NCBI GenBank assembly: GCA_951406725.2
Contig: OX597815.1
Location: 71,672,001 to 71,736,000, forward strand
Direction: 5' to 3'
Origin: Octopus vulgaris
Taxonomy: Eukaryota
Length of the DNA stretch: 64,000 nt
In this document: one piece after another, positions 12,296-25,640 of the stretch
How the letters are laid out: each line of letters begins with the position of its first letter
How positions within the stretch are numbered: position 1 is the stretch's first letter
Notes under the pieces: generated by a model
Told to the model about the DNA's origin: nothing
Database searches by the model: none
Seen by the model: the letters and a program-made list of their open reading frames with translations, nothing else
Program-made: the position numbers and the translations under genes

Positions 12296-13148
12296 TAGTT
12301 CATAGGATGAATTTGATCAGATAAAATGTTCAAATAGTCTTGACTATTAATTCTGCCATGAAGGGAAACCATTAGGCTGGTGAATTTCCAAGATATAACC
12401 TCCCAGATCATCACAGATCCTCCTCCATGTTTAAAAGTTGGAAGAAGACAGTCTGGGTGAAATGCTTCTTTTGGCTGTCTCCACACGTATACTCAGCCGG
12501 TGGTCGGAATCCAGGAAAATAACATTCTTCCACTGCTCTAGGGACCAATTCTGTAGGTTTTTACTCCACCTTAAACACTTTGCAACATTTGTTTTTGAAA
12601 GTAGTGGTTTTCTGATTGCAGCCCTCCTGTGAAATCCAGCTTTTTGCAGCTCCTAGCAAACAGTTTTTGTGGAAACTAGATTCTCAAGGTGTTCATTAAG
12701 CTCTGCAGTAATTTTAGGAGCTGTACTTTTGTGATCCTTTCTAACAATTCATGTAAGAGTCCAATGGTCCCTATCTGAAAATTTTGGTTTTCTTCTGGAG
12801 TTTTGTTTCAACGAGGAGGTTTTTCCCTCTTTCTCAAAGGCTGTCATTACTTTCAAGACAGTACTTCATGATACACCAAACATTTTGGCTGTTTTTGTTA
12901 TGCTAGCACCTGCCATACATGCACCAACAATTTGACTTCTTTGAAAGTCCAATAGATCTGTCATCTTAATGAATTTTAATTACCTTTTTCTGATGAAATC
13001 TGAAAAGAAACAGCAATTTTAGTAAAACATAATAATAAATAAAAAAATAAATAAAAACATAAAAATAAACAAGCTTTTGACAGTTGTATAGATATTTCAA
13101 AATTATGATGCTATGATGCTAGATATTTCCATTATTTTGTCCAGCCCT
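12296..13148 (-). mobile_element. Tc1-family transposon relic: left end plus 5' part of a pseudogenised transposase
   Basis: Terminus ..GGGCTGGACAAAATAATGGAAA near 13148. ATG at 12964 gives MTDLLDFQRSQIVG..KTAKMFGVS*..AAIRKPLLS..QWKNVIF; then WRQPKEAFHPDCLLPTFKHGGGSVMIW..GRINSQDYLNIL. Truncated before the later catalytic residues. Confidence 0.93.
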
Positions 13149-13159
13149 TATATATATAT

Positions 13160-13360
13160 TTGAAATTTGCACTATTTCAGCGTACGCATGTATAATGCAA
13201 TCTAAAATGCATTCTATACTTGGAACATCTGCAGAGTTCTTATAAGTACACACACACACACACACACACACATCTATTAATGAAATTTGTACTATTTAAG
13301 CATAAGTATTTATAATACAATCTAAATGCATTCTGCACTTAAAAGAACATCTGCAGAGTA
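13160..13360. repeat. Diverged tandem duplication of an ~80-bp unit around a (CA)n tract
   Basis: tgaaatttg.actattt.agc...caatctaaa..gcattct...gaacatctgcagagt occurs twice. Confidence 0.85.
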
Positions 13361-13653
13361 AGTGTGTGTACATGTGTGTTTGCACGTGTGCGCATACACA
13401 TTCCTGCATATGTGCAAAATTCTGCATAAACCCTATGAACTGCTAGTCTTATTTCATCTGTAACTAGGCTGTGACTTCTGGATCCACTCGCTTACTTCTT
13501 GATCTTGACTGTATAATTGGATAATTCAGTTTAAATATATTTGATTATAGAATTTCTGTTTATTGAATCTGAATTTTACTGCATTTTCTCTTTCACAACA
13601 AATCTTTTAATCTCCCAAACAATTAATATCTCTCTTTCTCTGTAAAACACACA

Positions 13654-13693
<40 letters not shown>

Positions 13694-13868
13694 TTATCTA
13701 TCTATCTATCTATCTATCTATCTCTAAAAGCCCTAGCAATCATCAATTTTTGCGTGGAGAGGTATGTATAACATCAGCACTGATCAAATTTGAGTCCTTT
13801 AACATCATATAAGATCAAGTAAATTTTAATACTGGCATTAAGAAACTGCATACATCATACATACGTGC

Positions 13869-13904
<36 letters not shown>

Positions 13905-14620
13905 CAATTTTAATGGTGGAATTTGAAGTAGATAAAGACATAAATTCGGATTTTAAAAAATCCTTGGATAGAAAAGTCAAAGGTTACCCTCTTCTGTAAA
14001 CATGGCAGATATTCTGCTATTGTACTAAAGCAATCCTTCAAATTTCTCCTACTTTAGTTGTTTTTGTTCCCACCAATAAGAATTCTTTGTTGTTTACATT
14101 AGAAACTTTGAGAGACCTAAAATCATTTTTAACAGTGGAATGCGAAATACATAAAAATGCCATGGTGTGAGATGAACCGTGAGACCATGTGAACCGTGAG
14201 ACCTTGTTTCAAAATTAACTTCTTAATCATTCATCCATCCTGCACAGTTATATTGTTCCTCTACAGCTAAAAACCTGTTCTGCTCTTACCCTTTCTCTCA
14301 TACTTTTACTCCTCTTTACTTCTTTTTCTGTTACCATCAAGTTCCCCCATCTCTCATTCAGGGTCCAGAATCTTGCAAGCTACATGGCAACCTCACTGGT
14401 GCTGGTGGCACAATAAAAGCACCTAGTACATGTGGTTAAGTGGCATCTAACCATAGAAATCATGCCAAAGCAGACACTGAAGCACAATGCAGTCCTTGGG
14501 CCAATCAGATCCTATCAAAACATCCAACTTATGCCAGCACATAACATGTATGTTAAATGCTGATGATATATATATAGCCATTCAAAAAATTGCCAAAGAA
14601 CTAGGTGAAGAATTTTTATG

Positions 14621-14678
<58 letters not shown>

Positions 14679-14844
14679 ACTCTATCTTTTCTTAATCTTT
14701 TACTCATTAGTTTCAATCGTTAACTCCACTGGCAATATACAGTATTACTGTAAAAAAAAGAAGTATAATAAAAAATACAAGCACCTTGGTATTTTGAAAT
14801 TACCATTTAAAGAGCTAAAGAAAAACTAAAAACTAAAAAAAAAA

Positions 14845-15056
14845 CAGATTAATGGAAGAAAAAATATGTTACAAAACTAAAACTGACTTGCAATGTATTT
14901 GACTTTCTGTAGTAATCTTCAGCTCCACCAACTATTACTGGGACTCTTATAATCCCTACCACCTCCTCTGCCACCAATTGCCATTCTTGGTTGAAGTGTC
15001 CATCATTCTTGAAGTCATAGATAAACTCTGATTGTATTATCAATCTTCTCATCCCA
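14845..15056. repeat. ~210-bp segment with a diverged copy at 17282-17490, probably an old LINE 3' remnant
   Basis: Shared core taatcttcagctcc..caactattactggga..ttgccattcttggttga.gtgtccatcattcttg; the copies differ by 1-bp indels. Confidence 0.7.
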
Positions 15057-15849
15057 GACAACAATGAAGATATTTTCAAAGGCAAGTTAAGATAGAGGAG
15101 AACAAAATTCTTTGCCTACTCAAATGGATTTAGTCCAACTAAAGTAGTTTTACAGGTGTAACATGTCAAAAATGCTTGTTCACACTTCCTTTTTTCTTTC
15201 CTTTTTCTTTAGTGTTTTATTTTATTTGTTTATTTGCTTGTTTGTTTTATTTATTTACTTTTCTTGAACTATGATGATTCAGTGTCTAGAGATGGCTATT
15301 TTATAAACTACTGGCTCTCTTCCATATTTTCACTTGCTTGCTTGTGTTCACATAACTTTCCTACAAGTTATTATTGAAAAAAATGAACACTAAATAACAA
15401 TAGTGTTTACCATACTTTAGTTTATTTCCTACCACAAATTGTTGTTCACTGCTGACTATCTCAATGATTTTCTCTTTTTTTTTAAATTTTTCTAATGACA
15501 TCATGGAAACCCACTCCCACTCAATCAAGATTGCTTTCGCCATTTCCTTTCATTATTTTGTCTTGTAAGTTACTTGGCAACCCCACTAGTGCTGGTTACA
15601 GAAAAGTTTCCTGTACACATTGTAAAGTGTTTGGCATTAGTAAGGGCATCCAGTTGTAGAGACTATACTAAAGCTGACATTGAGGGATGACACCACTCTG
15701 TAAGTCATTGGACCCTGTCAAACTGTCCGATCCATGCCTGTATGGAAAACAGACATTAAATGATAATGGCAGCAGTAAGCCATTCTAATAAATAAATAGA
15801 TAAAACTGTTTAAATTCACTTTAATTTCAAATTCATTTCATGTAGTGGC

Positions 15850-16262
15850 ATGGGCATGGCTGGGTGGTAAGAGGTTTGCTTCCCAATCATGGTTTCATGT
15901 TCAGTCCCACTGGGGGGTGGGGGTGGGGGACTCTACTATAACCTCAGGCTGACAAAAGCCTTGTGAATGGATTTGTTGTGGACAGAAACTAAAGAAGCCC
16001 ATCACGTGTGTGTGTGTGTGTGTTACTGTATCCTTGACATTATATGTTAATTGTAAACGTTACTGTTATAAAAGCAGTGCTCTTTGTTTCCAATCTTCTA
16101 TGTAAACATGTTTGGTCACAGGGATATTTAACCTTACTTGGAAACAGGTAAAGGTTAGCTATAGGAAGGGCATCCTGTCATAAGAAAATCTGCTTTCACA
16201 AATTCCATCTGACTTATGCAAGCATGGCAAAAGTGGATGTTAAAACGATGATGATGGTAATG
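15850..16262 (+). mobile_element. CORE-like SINE, head C plus (GAT)n tail
   Basis: ggcatggctgggtggtaagaggtttgcttcccaa...gcatggcaaaagtggatgttaaaacgatgatgat. Confidence 0.85.
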
Positions 16263-16413
16263 ATGTATGAAAATTTTCGTTGCACAACTTCAGCCTCATC
16301 ACAGACACAGTTCCGCTGCAGTTCAGTGGAAGAATGTTAGGAACTTAGTTGCAGATATGCAACAAAAATTTTGTCACCTCATCCACATATACTTATTGAC
16401 TTCAAATTTTTGC

Positions 16414-16449
<36 letters not shown>

Positions 16450-16599
16450 GTATTTTGAAGTTCCTGTGCATGCCAAAGGGCTTCTATTTTGATACATGTG
16501 CAACATGTTCAGAATCTTGTGCATGTGCATTGAGTTCAAAATTCTATGCATATACTCTGTACCTAAAATACAGTGCATGTGCACTGGGTTCAAGAGATT

Positions 16600-16950
16600 T
16601 TTATCTTTTACTTGTTTCAGTCAGTAAAGTATGGCCATGCTGGGGCACTGCCTTGGAAAATTTTAATTGAATGAATTGGCCCTGGTGCTTATTTTTTGTA
16701 AAGCTTGCTACTTATTATATTGATCACTTTTTCTCAACTGCTAAGTTACAGGGCTGTACACACCAATACTGGTTGTCAAGTAGTGGTGGGGGACAAACAC
16801 ACACACACAACAGGGCTTCTGTCAGTTTCTGTCTACCAAATCCACTCACAAGGCTTTGGTCAGTTCAAGGCTATAGTGGAAGACACTTGCTCAAGGTGCC
16901 ACACAGTAGGACTGAGCCCAGAAGCATATGGTTGGGGGGCAAGATCCTTT
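16600..16950 (-). mobile_element. CORE-like SINE, head C plus tail A
   Basis: Reverse-strand similarity to 46575-46970. Confidence 0.85.
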
Positions 16951-18663
16951 ATGTAAGTAAATATATGTTTATTTGTATAAATAAATACGTATTTATTTAC
17001 TTATACAAATGATCATCATCATCTTTGATTTAATATCCACTTTTGCATGCTTGTATGGGTTAAATGAAACTCACTGAAGTAGATTTTCTCCGGCTGGATG
17101 CCTTTCCTGTTTCCAAGCACAGTTATATTTTCCAATGACCAGACATACTTTCATGGAAGTTTGAAAATAAATGACACTGCTTGTATGATGGTGACACTCA
17201 TTTACAACTATCACAAGATGGACTTTGATCAAGTCACTTGCAATACAAATACAAACTCTGAAATTCCTATTACCAAAAATGCAGATTCATGGAAGAAAAA
17301 ATGATTCAAAGCTAAAACTGACTAGAAATGTATTTAACTTTCTGCAGTAATCTTCAGCTCCAACAACTATTACTGGGACCCTTATAATTCCTACCACCCC
17401 CATGCTACCATTTGCCATTCTTGGTTGAGGTGTCCATCATTCTTGTAGCTATAGATAAACTCAATTTTAGTATCAATCTTCTTATTCCATTTTCTCATTA
17501 ATCAATATTTTTATCCCAATTAATCAGTTTTCACCTTTGGTTTTATATATCTCCTACCAATCTATTCTTCCTTTCAGTTTATTTCATGTTCACTGTTCAT
17601 CTTTTCCTTCGACTAAATTGTTCACCTCCATTTCATCATCAATATTCTCTTCATTTCACTCTCACCAGTTTCCATTCACTCTCTAAGTTTCTCTGAAGAT
17701 ATCAAGCAACAGCTATCATACATACCTACTACACTTTCTTAAATCTCTACCTCATTAATCTGCTACTATTCTATTAATACACTTTAATTGATTAATCCAT
17801 CACTAATCCCTTAACTGTAATCCCACAACAGACTATTGTACTAGCTACGACATCATCATTGTCATTTAATGTTCGTTTTTCCATGCTGGCATGAGTTGAA
17901 TAGTTTGACAAGATCTGACAAGCCACAGGGCCACATTAAGCTCCAATGTCAGCTTTGATATGGTTTCTATGGCAGGATGCCCTTCCTAACAGGAAAAAGG
18001 AAAAAGCCCCAACTAAGTAGAAGGGAATATTTGACAGGGGCAGGATGGTTATTTTATGTCAGGTATTGAGAGACTAAACTATTTAATATACAATATTATT
18101 TCACTTATTCCCTTCAAAAATACTTATTATTCTCCCAGCCCTCTGACCCACTACCTTACAAGCTTACTGACCCACTATTTATGGCTCTGCTACTAACTCA
18201 CTCACTACATAACTAATATAATAATCCCTTCATAGATTATGCTAATCTGTGCAATTGTCTCTGAGTGCACTAATCATCATAAATATTAAAAAAAAAAAAA
18301 ATTAAATACAAATATCACCTTTAGACTACCTTAATGATAGCATGTTCCATACTACACACACGCACTATTTTGCAAGCAAAATTACTAAATTTTGAAGGTG
18401 GTTTAGACATACAAAAAGCAGAGGTTAAGGTTGCTGACAGTTATTCATATACTTCTGCAACCTCATAGAACATTACTACACTTTAAAATCATTTCATCTT
18501 TCACCTTATTCAAAGAAAATACATATAGATGCCAAAATATCTGCAATTATTGATTGATTGATACATGAGGCCTAACTAATAGACTGTACTGCTAACCACC
18601 TTCTGTGAATCAAAAAAGAATAACAAAGCTATTGTATTCCAGTCTAGTCCATTTTTATTTTAA

Positions 18664-19002
18664 CCCTTTCTATTCCAATCTGTCCAAAACTACATCTGGT
18701 TCTATGATACTAACTTCCTGTCTTAAAATGATCTGATTTTAACCTTTGCATTCAAATTTCACATTGTTCTAAACAGCAAAATTAACTAAAATAAAAGCAG
18801 TGTATTTCAAAAGAAATATGGTAACAAAAAGGTTAAAGTGATCATATATTAAAACCTTCCACCAAGCTTTCATGTTAATTTATTTCCCAGATACCGGCTT
18901 AATAATGACAAAATTATTTTACAAAACTTTTCATTGTTTTCAAAATTAATTGAAGCAGAAGCAGAAGCAGTATATTTCAACAGAAGTTCGGTAACAAAAG
19001 GG
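18664..19002. mobile_element. piggyBac-type MITE family A: one copy plus a tandem partial copy
   Basis: Two right ends (gtaacaaaa.ggttaa at ~18836 and ~19006), each followed by agtgatcat. Confidence 0.8.
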
Positions 19003-19844
19003 TTAAAGTGATCATCTTTAAATGAAGTCAATCTAAGTTAACACCATGATACAACCTTATATCATAGTGTTGATACATACATGTATGTGTATATATGTAT
19101 GTGTGTACGTACAGATACACATACCATCTATAAGGCAGGAAAAATACCCAGTATGTACTGTAGAGGTGGTTGGCATTAGGAAGGACACCCATCCATAGAA
19201 ATCATGCCAAAGCTGACACTGGAGCTTGATGCAGCTGTACAGCTCTCTGAATCCTTTCAAACCATACTATCCATGCCAGCATGGAAAACGGACGTTAGCT
19301 GATGTTGATGATGATGGTAATATAATTGGTCCATGAATGTATCAGTCGTGGACCAATTTATTGACCTGTTGATAAGTGTTTAAAGAAATAAATGGCACAC
19401 AAGCTTTAATTCCCAACTAAAATGATTCGACAACTTATTTCATGTCTGGTTCACATTATCAAAGTATTGGTTTCATTCATTATAAGCCCAAAGAGTAGCT
19501 GCTGGAATTAATATAGCCCAATGTAAAGTGTAAGATAGCAAAAGTTCATTTGACCTTCATGCCAACAGGGTTGTTGTCAGCAACAAGCAGTGGTGGTGGT
19601 GGTGGTACAGGAAACTAAATCCAACTCCAGTACAATCCACATTCATTATTATAGAACTTAATGAGGAAGTCTCTGTGTAACCACTTAGCTTTCTAGAAAT
19701 AGCAACCAATTTCTCCTTAAATTTCATCATACAGGCACGGGCGTATGTGGTTAAAAATTTGCATAAATTAAACAAAAATGAGCCAAGAGAATTAACTCGA
19801 TGTGCCCAGTGGCATGTATATAAGCAACATGGATAAATAAATGG

Positions 19845-20110
19845 AACAGACCCCCTTCAGTTTTGAATGACCTAGTAAGTTATCCTCTGAGGCACAAGTC
19901 CAGGCAAGGTTGTTTATGGAAGACCAGTAGTTACCCATGCACATCAGCCTCCCCTCTCTGTGCCACCAATGTTATCCAAGGGAAAACCAAAAGCTAGTAC
20001 AGCTTGGTACCAGTGATGTCGCAACTCATTTCTACAGCTGAGTGAACTGGAGCAATCTGAAAAAATGTGTCTTGCTCAAGATGACAACACACACAGCCTG
20101 GTCCTCGAAT
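19845..20110 (-). mobile_element. tRNA-derived SINE family H, partial
   Basis: Reverse-strand match to 49881-50215 and 57672-58005. Confidence 0.85.
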
Positions 20111-20125
20111 CGTTGTGCAATGTAC

Positions 20126-20405
20126 CCAGTGGCATGTATATAAGCAGCATAGATAAATACAGGTATATCAAATACCATGCAACTCCTTTAGGAGGAAGTA
20201 TCATGATTATCAAATGGCAATTAAGAACAGTTCTATTTGAGAAATGGAGATAATCTCAAAAATTTTTATATGGGGCTGGTTTCAGTTGTCATTTGGCAAG
20301 CATAATACATCCTTTAGAGGTAGAGATAATTTTAATAAATCAGGAATTCATGTTGTATGGTATTTCATATATTTGTCTATGTTGTTTATAAACATGCCTC
20401 TGGCC
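20126..20405. mobile_element. MITE with ~55-bp terminal inverted repeats
   Basis: ccagtggcatgtatataagcagcatagataaata..aaataccatgcaac vs gttgtatggtatttc..atttgtctatgttgtttataaacatgcctctgg. Related pieces at ~19800 and ~21494-21565. Confidence 0.65.
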
Positions 20406-20448
20406 ACTATGAGTTATTTGTCTTAGCTTGTTTTTGTTTAATTTATGC

Positions 20449-21350
20449 CAACTAGCATGACCCGTGAGTATTTCACAGAATTAATGGTAGACCTATTGGT
20501 TTATTTCTGAAAACTTTATAAAAAAAACCTGAAAGTGTAGCCTGTGTTGTGTCTTTACGGAAAGATAGTCACTCATCTGCTATTCATTGAAAAGATGAAT
20601 TTGAAATACAATGATTACTTAATGCACTTTATATATACACTCTATATACTTTCTGCACAATTTTATAGACTTAATACACAGCATTCATAAAATAAATATT
20701 CACTCTTATTTTTCCATTTTTCCCATAAGCAAAAAAAATATCCTATACATATGATACAACCTTTAGTTAAATTGCATATATCTGCCACATAAATAAACGC
20801 AAATATTTCATGGAATTGCACTTATGCACATGCATTAAGTGATAAGTGATATAAAAACATATTTTCAATTAAAAAAAGGTAACACTTTTCACTATTCACT
20901 ACCACCACCACCATCATCATCTCTCTCTCTCCCCTTTCCCTCTCCCCCCCTCTCTCTCTCCCTCTCTCTCTCTGTGCCTTTCTTTAACCTCACCATCAGA
21001 TCATCACCCCTCTGCTAAAATTATATTTTTAACTCTCCTCCTCTACTTTCAAGTAACTTTTTTAACCATATAATGAATATTATGTTTCCTCTACCTCATA
21101 TCATGGACGCTTGTCTCTCCCTCTTTCTGTCTCACTCTTCGCCTTATCCTCTTTTTCTCTCTCTTTTTTCTTTCTCTTGTCTTTCCCTTCAACTAATCAC
21201 ATGGAAACATTACAATTACATTCCCTCTCTTTCATATCATGGACTCTTCTCTTTCCCTTTTTCTATCTCCCTCTTTTTTTTTTCTCTAGTCATCTGAGAG
21301 TGTTACCAGCGGGCTAAGTAACACAATGACAAGCAGAATTATTATAAGAT
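20449..21350 (+). mobile_element. Helitron/Helentron (DINE-1-like) non-autonomous element
   Basis: Starts aactagcatgacccgtg, has a CT-rich interior and ends cagaattattataagat, resembling HINE termini. Confidence 0.55.
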
Positions 21351-22150
21351 TCTCAAGCTATCTTCATACCTCCAGAGAATAAGCCTATCCTTTTCATTAA
21401 TGGCAATCAATTATGGAAAAATTTTTGATACTTGACATTCTTTGTCCTTCTCCAGTGGATCTGGTCTTAATTGCTTTTTGGTTAATTATGACACATCCTC
21501 AAGAGATAGAGATAGATTTAATGAAGTAAGACTTTATGTTGTATGGTATTTGATATACTTGTATTTCTCAGATATTGGATTAGTTTCTAGTACAATCAGT
21601 GTTGCAGTCAGAATTCTTACATGCAGCAACAGCAACTGCACAGTCTATTTATTTGTTTCTTATAATTATGGAATTAATCCAAATTTTGTTCTCTATAAAT
21701 ATTTAGACATTTTTCAAATGTGTTAAATCCATTTTTACATTTTTTGAGAGAAAAACATTAGAGGTGGCTGAGTTATTTGTCTTAGCTTGTTTTTGTTTAA
21801 TTTATGCCAACTAGCATGACCCGTGAGTATTTCACAGAATTAATGGTAGACCTATTGGTTTATTTCTGAAAACTTTATAAAAAAAACCTGAAAGTGTAGC
21901 CTGTGTTGTGTCTTTACGGAAAGATAGTCACTCATCTGCTATTCATTGAAAGGCATTCATTCTTTTCTTTGTTTTAAGTTTGTTTTATTTTTTCATTTTT
22001 TTTTTATTTCCAAAATGTGGTTGCTTTTGTTTTGTTGTTGTTGTTGTTATTATTTGAGAGAACAGCACAAGCTATCAAAGTAACACTGGGGTACAAATAT
22101 ACACTTCCAATCAGTTAACATTAGAAGCCATTAGGGCAAATTATTATTAT

Positions 22151-23636
22151 TGTTTCGCTAGGGCATTCTAATTTAGCAGGTATTTTATCTTGAGGTTTAG
22201 CAACAACAAGTCTCTTCAAATCTCAAGAATCTTCTTCAGGATTCTTGCAGAATGTAGGATGGTACTTCTCTGCAGGTAGACAATGCAGGTTTCAATTCCA
22301 ATTCCTTTCAGTCTCTTAGGTAGCATTTTGGGCATTGTGCCAGGTGCACCAATTACTACAGGAATAATTGTTGTCTTGGCCTTCCACAGTCTCCTCAGAT
22401 CTCTGGTTAGATCCTGATATTTCTCACTTTTTTTCAATTACTTTGGTATCAACTCTGCTATCATAGGGAATTGCAAAATCTATGATCTTACACTGTTTGT
22501 TTATTTTGCCCTCTCCAATCATGTCTTGCTTTCTTGTCTCATTAGAATGGTCAGTCTTCATGGTGAAATCCCACAAGATCTTGTAATTCTCATTTTCTGT
22601 CACAGCCTCTGATTTGTGTTCATAACACTTCTCTGTTGCTTTGAAGCCACACACTTGGCTAATATCCCAATACACTCTTTTTGCCTTCACACTCATGTCT
22701 ATACTTATGCTCCTTTTGTGCTAGTATAATGCACTCACTGAAAATGTGATTGATACTCTTGTCTCCTTTCCTACAGATTTTAAATTTACTACCTGGTTAC
22801 GTTTTGTTGATCTTTGCTTTTATCAGATTTGCTCTAAGGATTTGTTCATGAGCAGCTATAATTAATGTTTCTGTTTCTCATTTCAAGTTCTCATCTGTCA
22901 ACCAAAGCCAGTGATCTTCATTTCCAACACTCTTGGTTTTTTGCATGAATTAGGCATGCACTTCCATTTCTTTCCATTTGTTTATTCTGTTGTTCTTCCT
23001 TTTCCCTTTGTACTCTCCTACTGTTTCAATTGCTTTTTGGGTATCTCTGGCAACCAAAAGTTTCTACACAACATAATTTTTCAGACTCAATATCGCTGTG
23101 CCAACAGTGTCTTCCACATTTAGTAATCCTCTACCACCTTTCCTTCTTGGCAAATAGAGTCAGTTGCTATTACTTTTTTGGATGGAGTTTGTTGTGCATT
23201 GTTAGTAGCTTTTAGCTCTTCTATCCAAGTTCTGCAGATTGAGCTTTGTCCATTTAAGAAAGGGAGCAAAGTATTTCAGTACTGGCATTGCCCATGTATT
23301 TATGGGTTTAATGATGTTCCCTTCATTTAATTTTATTTCAAGCACATTCCTAATTCTCCTCTTGTCCTCTTTAGTAACTTTATCTCTCATTTCTTTTCCC
23401 ATTATCTTATCTTGCAGCATTCCTAGGTATTTGTATCCCTCATTATTCTGCAGCAATCTAATGATGTCTTTTGGTAATTTTATGCCATCAGACTTTATCT
23501 GCCAACCTTTTTCCATAATTAGTACTATGCACTTAGCTACCCCAAATTGCATTCCAATGTCTTAACTGAATACTGGTTTGATCAGAGAATCTGTTTTGTA
23601 TCTTGAGGTCAGCCATATAAAGTAGGTGATTTCGTC
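22151..23636 (-). mobile_element. Dong/R4-clade LINE, 5'-truncated and degenerate (RT end, CCHC knuckle, restriction-like endonuclease)
   Basis: HLLYMADLK (YMDD-like), GMQFGVAKC, YKYLG, CRKGDKSINHIFSEC, KILWDF..TD, IIDFAIPYD, EKYQDL..LW..IIPVVIGAPG..ARILKKILE. Flanked by TTA repeats. Confidence 0.92.
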
Positions 23637-23654
23637 TTATTATTATTATTATTT

Positions 23655-24095
23655 AAGGCAGCAAGCTGGCAGAATCGTTAGCATGCTGGATGAAATGCTT
23701 AGTCGTATTTCACCCATTGCTCCATTCTGAGTTCAAATTCCACCAGAGTCAACTCTGCCTTTCATCCTTTGGGGGTCAATAAATTAAGTACCAGTTGAAC
23801 ACTGGCGAGGGGGGGATCAGTGTAATTGACTTATCCCCTCCCGCAAAATAGCTGCCCTTGTGACAAAATTTGAAACCATTATTATTATTATTATTATTAT
23901 TTAAGGCTGCAAGCTGGCAGAATTGTTAGTGTGCTGGATGAAATGCTTAGCAGTATTTTGCCCGTCGCTATGTTCTGAGTTCAGATTCTGACACGGTCGA
24001 CTTTGCCTTTCATCCTTTCAGAGTTGATAAATTAAGTACCAGTGAAACATTGGGGTCAATGTAATTGACTATCCCCTCCCCAAAATGAAACCATT
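23655..24095 (+). mobile_element. Two tandem SINE family M copies separated by (ATT)n
   Basis: Both begin taaggc.gcaagctggcagaat and end gaaaccattattatt. Confidence 0.9.
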
Positions 24096-24114
24096 ATTAT
24101 TATTATTATTTGAT

Positions 24115-25140
24115 CGTCCGGTGGCCATGGCAAAAGAGGTTGTACGGTGGACAAGATTGAAGGGACTGAAGACAAACGCTTTTCTCTGTAACTGGCAGTA
24201 GAATGGAAGGATTTCTAGTGCTGTGAGCTAGGGAGCAGTAATGCTGCTGTAAAAGGATGCTAACAAAGGGGACATGCTAGGCAATTTTTGGCTCGTAACT
24301 CTACTAAATTCGGTGTTTAAGATTTTGGTCAAGGTGTTAGTGAAAAGGTTAGCCATTGTCATCAGTAATCTGGTGAGGAAGGCATTGCACGATCCTCAAC
24401 AAGTCTATCCATGCAATATGTCATAGAGAGGACTGAGACAAAAGCTGGTTATGGTGGAGCTCTGATCAGTTTGGATCAGTCTAAAGCATTCAATAGGGTC
24501 ATCCACCATTATCATTGCTGACTTGTAGAGTTATGTCAAACAGTTGCTGTCGTATGTGGGACATATCCAACTATCTGCTTAGTCCATGATTGCCCTACTG
24601 CCTTTTTTTAATAGGACAGGTTAGGCAGTTTTCCTTTGTCTCATAGTGATTGCAAAAGAGGTTTTCTGGTGGACGAGGCTGAAAGGCATGAGGGCAGAGA
24701 CTCTTTGGTAGATTCCTCAATGCCTTTTTTGAAGTTTCACTTGAAAAACAAAGTGAGGAGAAAACTGAGGATAGAGAGAGAGAGAGAGAGAGTTGAGTGA
24801 ATTTATTGGAAGGTAGGTGAACGTTGCAAAAATGGCAAGAATGGATAGCACTGCTGTAAGTGGAGAGAACACTTGCTTTTGGTGATCTGGAAAATCTTGG
24901 ATGGCGGGATCCCTCGATTGTTCTTAAAGGTCCTCTTATATCAGGAAGACCACCACATCACTGTTCTTTTTTCTTTTCCTTTTATTTTTTCTTCTTTTAC
25001 TGATGTGTACTATGTAAACTTTTCTCTTTGTTTTATTGTATACCATGTATACTTTGTATTTGTATTTTTTATTTCATTTTATATATATTTGTTTATAGTA
25101 GTAAAATGTTTGTGCCATGCATTAGCTCCCTCCCTCCTTC
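24115..25140 (+). mobile_element. L1/Tx1-clade LINE fragment, internally deleted
   Basis: KGDMLGNFWLVTLLNSVFKILVKVLVKRL and GGALISLDQSKAFNRVIH are RT subdomain motifs of the Tx1/L1 type. Confidence 0.8.
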
Positions 25141-25151
25141 CATCATATATT

Positions 25152-25184
<33 letters not shown>

Positions 25185-25187
<3 letters not shown>

Positions 25188-25480
25188 CACATGGCCTAGT
25201 AGTTAGGATGTTACACTCATGATCACTAGATCATGATTTCAATTCCTATACCAGGTGGTGCAGTGTGTTCTTGAGCAAAACACTTCCTCTCACATTGCTT
25301 TGCAATCACTTTAACATCTGACATGTGGTACACAGTGCACCTGTTCAGATTACCTTGATTTGATGGAGGGGGGAGTGAGGTAATGTGCGGCACAAACATT
25401 TGGTGACTGTGCAAGTTGTTCAACAAAAGCTGAATGCTCATAATCATCTTCAACGAGGGTGGGTAGGGGGGTTCCATCAT
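25185..25480 (+). mobile_element. tRNA-derived SINE, H-related variant
   Basis: A-box-like tggcctagtagttagg, B-box-like tttcaattcc and ttcttgagcaa core. Relatives at 31514, 45083, 50330 and 60960. Confidence 0.75.
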
Positions 25481-25603
25481 ATATATATATATATATATAT
25501 ATAGTTAATCCAAACATAAAAGCACAAAGAGAAAACACAACAACGTGAGGACGTGGAACAAGTATAGTGTTATTGGACGCTCAGGAAAGGAAAGAAAGAA
25601 AGA

Positions 25604-25640
25604 GGATTTAATGTTTCGAGCAGAGCTCTTTGTCAGAAAC
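25604..25640 (-). ncRNA. Degenerate minimal hammerhead ribozyme inside a (TA)n-flanked repeat (~25503-25812)
   Basis: Minus strand GTTT-CTGACAA-A-GAGC-TCT-GCTC-GAAA-CAT-TA-AAT. Two changes from a canonical CTGACGA/GAAACGTTA motif are consistent with CpG decay. Confidence 0.55.

Noticed and set aside
14849-15085. 78-aa minus ORF or duplicated exon pair with 17282-17490
   Set aside because: The copies differ by frameshifting 1-bp indels; an old LINE 3' remnant is the simpler explanation.
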